From a virus (Duplodnaviria > Heunggongvirae > Uroviricota > Caudoviricetes): a DNA stretch of 64,000 nt. The position numbers and the translations under genes were made by a program. The DNA lies in the IMG/VR virus record IMGVR_UViG_3300045988_155334, one strand, 5' to 3'. Of the stretch, positions 59,929 to 64,000 are shown piece by piece (position 1 is the stretch's first letter; every line of letters begins with the position of its first letter). Under the pieces are notes generated by a model. It was given only the letters and a program-made list of their open reading frames with translations, ran no database searches and was not told the origin of the DNA.

Positions 59929-61122
59929 GTGACCTGGGACGATCACAAGAAGAATTTTGCTCGCCTGGCGCGAGATGGTGGTTACACCATCGCACAGTAT
60001 GCCGCCGAGTTTAATCTTAACCCTAATACCGCACGTCGTTATCTCCGTGCCTTCAAAGAAGACACCAGGACAGCGGACAGCCGCAAGCCAAATAAGCCAG
60101 TCAGGAAGCCACTAAAAAGCATGATCATTGATCACTCTAATGATCAACATTCAGGTGATCACATTGCGGCGGAAATAGCGGAAAAACAAAGAGTTAATGC
60201 CGTTGTCAGTGCCGCAGTAGAGAATGCGAAGCGCCAAAATAAGCGCATAAATGATCGTTCAGATGATCATGACGTGATCACCCGCGCCCACCGGACCTTA
60301 CGTGATCGCCTGGAACGCGACACCCTGGATGATGATGGTGAACGCTTTGAATTCGAAGCTGGCGATTACCTGATAGATAACGTTGAAGCGCGGAAGGCCG
60401 CGCGCGCTATGTTGCGTCGGTCCGGGGCCGATGTTCTGGAAACCACTCTTCTTGAAAAGTCTCTTTCTCATCTCCTTATGCTGGAGAACGCCAGGGATAC
60501 GTGTATTCGCTTGGTGCAGGAAATGCGCGATCAGCAAAAAGCCGATGATGAAGGTACTCCGCCTGAATACCGTATCGCGAGCATGCTAAACAGCTGTTCC
60601 GCGCAGATAAGCAGCCTGATCAACACCATTTACAGCATCCGGAATAACTATCGAAAAGAAAGCCGGGAGGCGGAAAAGCACGCTTTATCTATGGGGCAAG
60701 CTGGCATTGTTAAGCTGGCATACGAACGAAAGCGTGAAAATAACTGGTCAGTGCTGGAAGCGGCTGAATTCATCGAGGCGCATGGAGGGAAAGTGCCGCC
60801 CCTGATGCTGGAACAAATCAAAGCCGATCTGCGTGCTCCTAAGACAAATACCGATGATGAGGAAAGGCAAACTGCCGTCGGTGGCCCTTCTCTTGAAGAT
60901 CTGGACAAAGTTGCGCGAGAACGGGCCGCCAACCGCCGCGCCGATGCTGCATTGTGGATTGAGCAACGTAGGGAAGAAATCGCCGATATCGTTGATACAG
61001 GCGGTTATGGAGATGTTGATACTGAAGGTGTATCAAACGAACCATGGCTGGAACAAGACCTGGACGAAGACGAGGAGGAAGACGAAGAAGTTACCCGCAA
61101 GCTATACGGGGATGATGATTAA
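59929..61122 (+). CDS. pacA: PacA, terminase small subunit (contains pac site)
   Basis: 397 aa, GTG start; pac hexamer clusters lie within the 5' third; acidic C-terminus. Confidence 0.85.
   Translation: MTWDDHKKNFARLARDGGYTIAQYAAEFNLNPNTARRYLRAFKEDTRTADSRKPNKPVRKPLKSMIIDHSNDQHSGDHIAAEIAEKQRVNAVVSAAVENAKRQNKRINDRSDDHDVITRAHRTLRDRLERDTLDDDGERFEFEAGDYLIDNVEARKAARAMLRRSGADVLETTLLEKSLSHLLMLENARDTCIRLVQEMRDQQKADDEGTPPEYRIASMLNSCSAQISSLINTIYSIRNNYRKESREAEKHALSMGQAGIVKLAYERKRENNWSVLEAAEFIEAHGGKVPPLMLEQIKADLRAPKTNTDDEERQTAVGGPSLEDLDKVARERAANRRADAALWIEQRREEIADIVDTGGYGDVDTEGVSNEPWLEQDLDEDEEEDEEVTRKLYGDDD
60121..60281 (+). other. pac packaging site: four TGATCA hexamers, spacer, three TGATC(A/G) hexamers
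   Basis: TGATCA at 60122, 60129, 60141, 60157; TGATCG at 60252, TGATCA at 60264 and 60275; each holds a Dam GATC site. Confidence 0.8.
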
Positions 61123-62606
61123 TGGCCAGAAGTTGCGTAACGGATCCACGTTGGCGCGAGCTGGTGGCGCTATATCGTTATGACTGGATTGCGGCCGCTG
61201 ATGTTTTGTTCGGCAAAACACCTACCTGGCAGCAGGATCTGATTATTGAGTCTGTGCAGGAACAGGGTAGCAAGACATCTGTTTCGTCTGGTCACGGTAC
61301 CGGGAAATCAGACATGACTTCTATCATGATCATGTTGTTCATAATCATGTATCCCGGTGCCCGTGCCATTATCGTTGCGAACAAAATTCAGCAGGTAATG
61401 ACCGGTATATTCAAGTACATCAAGATAAACTGGGCTACGGCCACCAGCCGTTTTCCATGGCTTGCTGATTATTTTGTTCTGACAGAAACCGCTTTTTATG
61501 AAGTTACTGGTAAAGGTGTATGGACTGTAGTACCGAAGGGCTTTCGTCTGGGAAGTGAAGAAGCTCTCGCAGGTGAACACGCAGATCATCTTCTGTATAT
61601 TATCGATGAAGCCTCCGGTGTCAGTGATAGAGCTTTCGGTATCATCACCGGTGCTCTTACCGGACAGGATAACCGCATCTTATTGCTGTCACAGCCTACA
61701 CGCCCAAGCGGCTATTTCTACGATACTCACCATAAACTGGCCAAGCGTCCTGGTAACCCTGATGGCGTTTATACGGCGATCACGCTTAACAGTGAGGAAT
61801 CACCGCTGGTAACGCCAGCATTTATCAAAATGAAGCTGGCGGAGTACGGCGGGCGTGATAACCCTATGTACATGATTAAGGTACGCGGCCTATTCCCTAA
61901 ATCACAGGATGGCTTCCTTCTTGGACGTGATGAGGTTGAACGTGCAACGCGGCGGAAAGTCAAGATTGCCAAAGGATGGGGCTGGCTTGCATGTGTGGAC
62001 GTTGCTGGTGGTACGGGACGGGATAAGTCCGTTATCAATATCATGATGGTGTCCGGCCAGCGAAATAAACGCCGTGTAATCAACTATCGAATGCTGGAAT
62101 ACACAGACGTTACAGAAACGCAGCTTGCCGCCAAAATTTTCGCAGAATGTAATCCTGAGCGATTCCCAAATATCACCATAGCGATAGACGGCGATGGCCT
62201 GGGTAAAGCAACGGCGGATCTGATGTACGAGTATTATGGTATTACCGTACAGCGTATACGCTGGGGTAAAAAGATGCATAGCCGTGAAGATAAGAGCCTG
62301 TACTTTGATAAACGTGCTTATGCCAACGTTCAAGCCGCAGAGGCCGTAAAATCTGGTCGTATGAGACTGGATAAGGGTAATGAAACTATTGAGGAAGCGT
62401 CGAAAATCCCTGTAGGGATTAACTCCGCAGGTCAATGGAAGGTGATGAGTAAGGAGGATATGAAGAAAAAACTCAACCTGCACTCACCAGACCATTGGGA
62501 TACATATTGTTTCGCTATGCTGGCTGATTATGTTCCCCAGGATGAAGTGCTTAGCGTCGAAGACGAAGCGCAGGTTGATGAAGCTCTGGCATGGCTTAAT
62601 GAATAA
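61122..62606 (+). CDS. pacB: PacB, terminase large subunit
   Basis: 494 aa; start overlaps the pacA stop; Walker A-like SSGHGTGKS. Confidence 0.85.
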   Translation: MARSCVTDPRWRELVALYRYDWIAAADVLFGKTPTWQQDLIIESVQEQGSKTSVSSGHGTGKSDMTSIMIMLFIIMYPGARAIIVANKIQQVMTGIFKYIKINWATATSRFPWLADYFVLTETAFYEVTGKGVWTVVPKGFRLGSEEALAGEHADHLLYIIDEASGVSDRAFGIITGALTGQDNRILLLSQPTRPSGYFYDTHHKLAKRPGNPDGVYTAITLNSEESPLVTPAFIKMKLAEYGGRDNPMYMIKVRGLFPKSQDGFLLGRDEVERATRRKVKIAKGWGWLACVDVAGGTGRDKSVINIMMVSGQRNKRRVINYRMLEYTDVTETQLAAKIFAECNPERFPNITIAIDGDGLGKATADLMYEYYGITVQRIRWGKKMHSREDKSLYFDKRAYANVQAAEAVKSGRMRLDKGNETIEEASKIPVGINSAGQWKVMSKEDMKKKLNLHSPDHWDTYCFAMLADYVPQDEVLSVEDEAQVDEALAWLNE

Positions 62607-62630
62607 CTCATTGACCATGCCGGATAGAAA

Positions 62631-63482
62631 CTATTGCGCGCTTTCGGGGTTGTCGTTTACTGGCTGCCCCTTCTTAGTTTTACGGCTGCGCGTAACTGAT
62701 GCGGCTGATTTGACCTTTTTCTCTTCGCGAGTGATGGCAATTTGTTTTTTTACATTTTCAATATCTGCCAGGCGATATATTTTTGCCTGCGGCCAGCGGT
62801 CGCAGATGATCGGTTCTATAGAGTCATAAAGGCTAAATTTTGCTTTCTCGAATTCACCGTTGATGATGATTCCATCACGGAGAGTTTCATCGCAGATAAA
62901 CACACCACACAGCGGCACATGGTAACTAACTGATTTACCATCATTGTAGTTAGGGCTACTGGAAATGTAATGGACGCGCAGCATTGTTTCGCTAAAGCCG
63001 TGTACACGCATACGGAATTTTTCATCCTCCGGGTACTGCTTCATTAGCTCTTTTGTTGCTTCCAGGTTCTCTATGTATTTCGCACTGTGCTCATTGATCC
63101 CCGCGCTTTTCTGGATGCGAATGTCCTTATCAATCAGATGAATAATGCGGCCAGCGGTCATGTTGACGCTGTTCACAGCTTCTGTCTGATAAGTTGTAAC
63201 CTTACGCACACCGCGAAGGATGTTAGGCACTGGATATAAAATAGTCTTTGGGATATTGAGGTCTGGGTACTGTTCCAGTTCCCGCGCCATTAAAGTCCAT
63301 TTATCAATTTCAGCCTGAATGCTGTCCGTTTCTTTGAACGGCAGAACGACAACCGGGCGTACAGGACGACCGTCGCTGGCGGCATCAACGTGTTGGGCGC
63401 GTGCAACAGCTTTTTTTAGAAAGAGATCCCTGAAGCTGACGAACTCCTGGTACAGTTGTTCGCCGTAGACATAATTTATCAT
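62631..63482 (-). CDS. c1: C1 repressor of lysogeny
   Basis: 283 aa; size, position next to coi and the operator network match P1 C1. Confidence 0.85.
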   Translation of the reverse strand: MINYVYGEQLYQEFVSFRDLFLKKAVARAQHVDAASDGRPVRPVVVLPFKETDSIQAEIDKWTLMARELEQYPDLNIPKTILYPVPNILRGVRKVTTYQTEAVNSVNMTAGRIIHLIDKDIRIQKSAGINEHSAKYIENLEATKELMKQYPEDEKFRMRVHGFSETMLRVHYISSSPNYNDGKSVSYHVPLCGVFICDETLRDGIIINGEFEKAKFSLYDSIEPIICDRWPQAKIYRLADIENVKKQIAITREEKKVKSAASVTRSRKTKKGQPVNDNPESAQ

Positions 63483-63577
63483 TGATCCTCCTCCAGAATT
63501 GACATGGCCAACAACTCACAGCGGATTACACTGGGAGTTGTTGGCCACCATTATAGAAGGATCCAACGAAAATAATA

Positions 63578-63594
63578 GATTTATTAGTGCATTT
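63578..63594 (-). promoter_or_regulatory. C1 operator-like site between coi and c1
   Basis: Reverse complement AATGCACTAATAAATCT, 14/17 match. Confidence 0.4.
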
Positions 63595-63802
63595 ATTGTG
63601 AGTCTGGCTGGTTAGTGGCCATGAGATATTCGATTGTGTCAGTGAGATCATCCAGGTCGTCTTGGGTGATGCGGTACTCCTGATTGGATATCTTTGAGTA
63701 GTGTTCAGCAATGGCGCGGGCAGCGTCGGTTTCGGCGGGGTCTACAGATAAAGCGTTAGAGCAATGTCTAACGTCGTCGATGGTTGGTGGAATGAAAGCC
63801 AT
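63593..63802 (-). CDS. coi: Coi, C1 inactivator
   Basis: 69-aa ORF immediately upstream of c1 on the same strand. Confidence 0.75.
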   Translation of the reverse strand: MAFIPPTIDDVRHCSNALSVDPAETDAARAIAEHYSKISNQEYRITQDDLDDLTDTIEYLMATNQPDSQ

Positions 63803-64000
63803 AATTATGCCTCACTGTATTGACAACACAGAGCCTGAAGCTCTGACCTACTGTTTCACCCATGATCCATGCTGGGGTAATCTAACAACATTGCGCTGTG
63901 TGTAAGATGAGCAATGCATAGCTGTAATGCCGTTGTATAAGGTTTCCCTGTTTGCTCATTTCCTTCTGAGCCGCTCTACAACGCTGAAGACACATTAAAT

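Noticed and set aside
41456-63594. Interpreting the ATTAGTGCA-containing sites (41456, ~42363, 63578) as a distinct late-promoter box
   Set aside because: Each aligns to the C1 operator consensus with 1-4 mismatches, so operator variants is the more economical reading; cannot be settled without footprinting

Overview
The window is a near-colinear ~64 kb segment of a P1-like temperate myovirus maintained as a plasmid prophage (phage-plasmid). The call rests on protein sizes and motifs, gene order, iterons, parS, the pac site and C1 operators read directly from the sequence; no database search was run, so P1 gene names are from memory and should be confirmed. Left to right: (1) minus-strand tail-fibre, baseplate and Sit tape-measure operon (115-10679); (2) two secreted proteins in a superimmunity-like locus (10738-11913); (3) immunity-I and lytic replicon: C1 operator, c4-like RNA, icd, ant, kilA, repL (12010-15436); (4) a hok/mok-like type I toxin locus (15856-16069); (5) minus-strand sheath and capsid operon (16186-21526); (6) partition and replication: parS, parB, parA, incA iterons, repA, oriR (21640-25645); (7) an envelope-protein cluster with a PAAR-like protein (25682-27795); (8) C1-operator-fronted uhr-hrdC-dmt (27887-31408); (9) a C1-operator-fronted unit with a long repeat-rich non-coding leader, tRNA-Asn, tRNA-Thr, tciABC, tRNA(CAU), ban and dbn (31399-36585); (10) minus-strand baseplate hub/spike operon (36632-41383); (11) a long rightward block of small accessory genes (41530-55872); (12) LexA-box humD, phd-doc, lpa, pacA with pac site, pacB, c1 and coi (55933-63802). 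No integrase, transposase or CRISPR array was seen. The regions most likely to hold something undescribed are the accessory block at about 50.5-55.9 kb, the glycosyltransferase-like/phosphatase cluster at 42.5-45.1 kb, the duplicated tail-fibre cassette at the left edge, the hok-like toxin locus, and the repeat-rich structured RNA around the tRNA pair.
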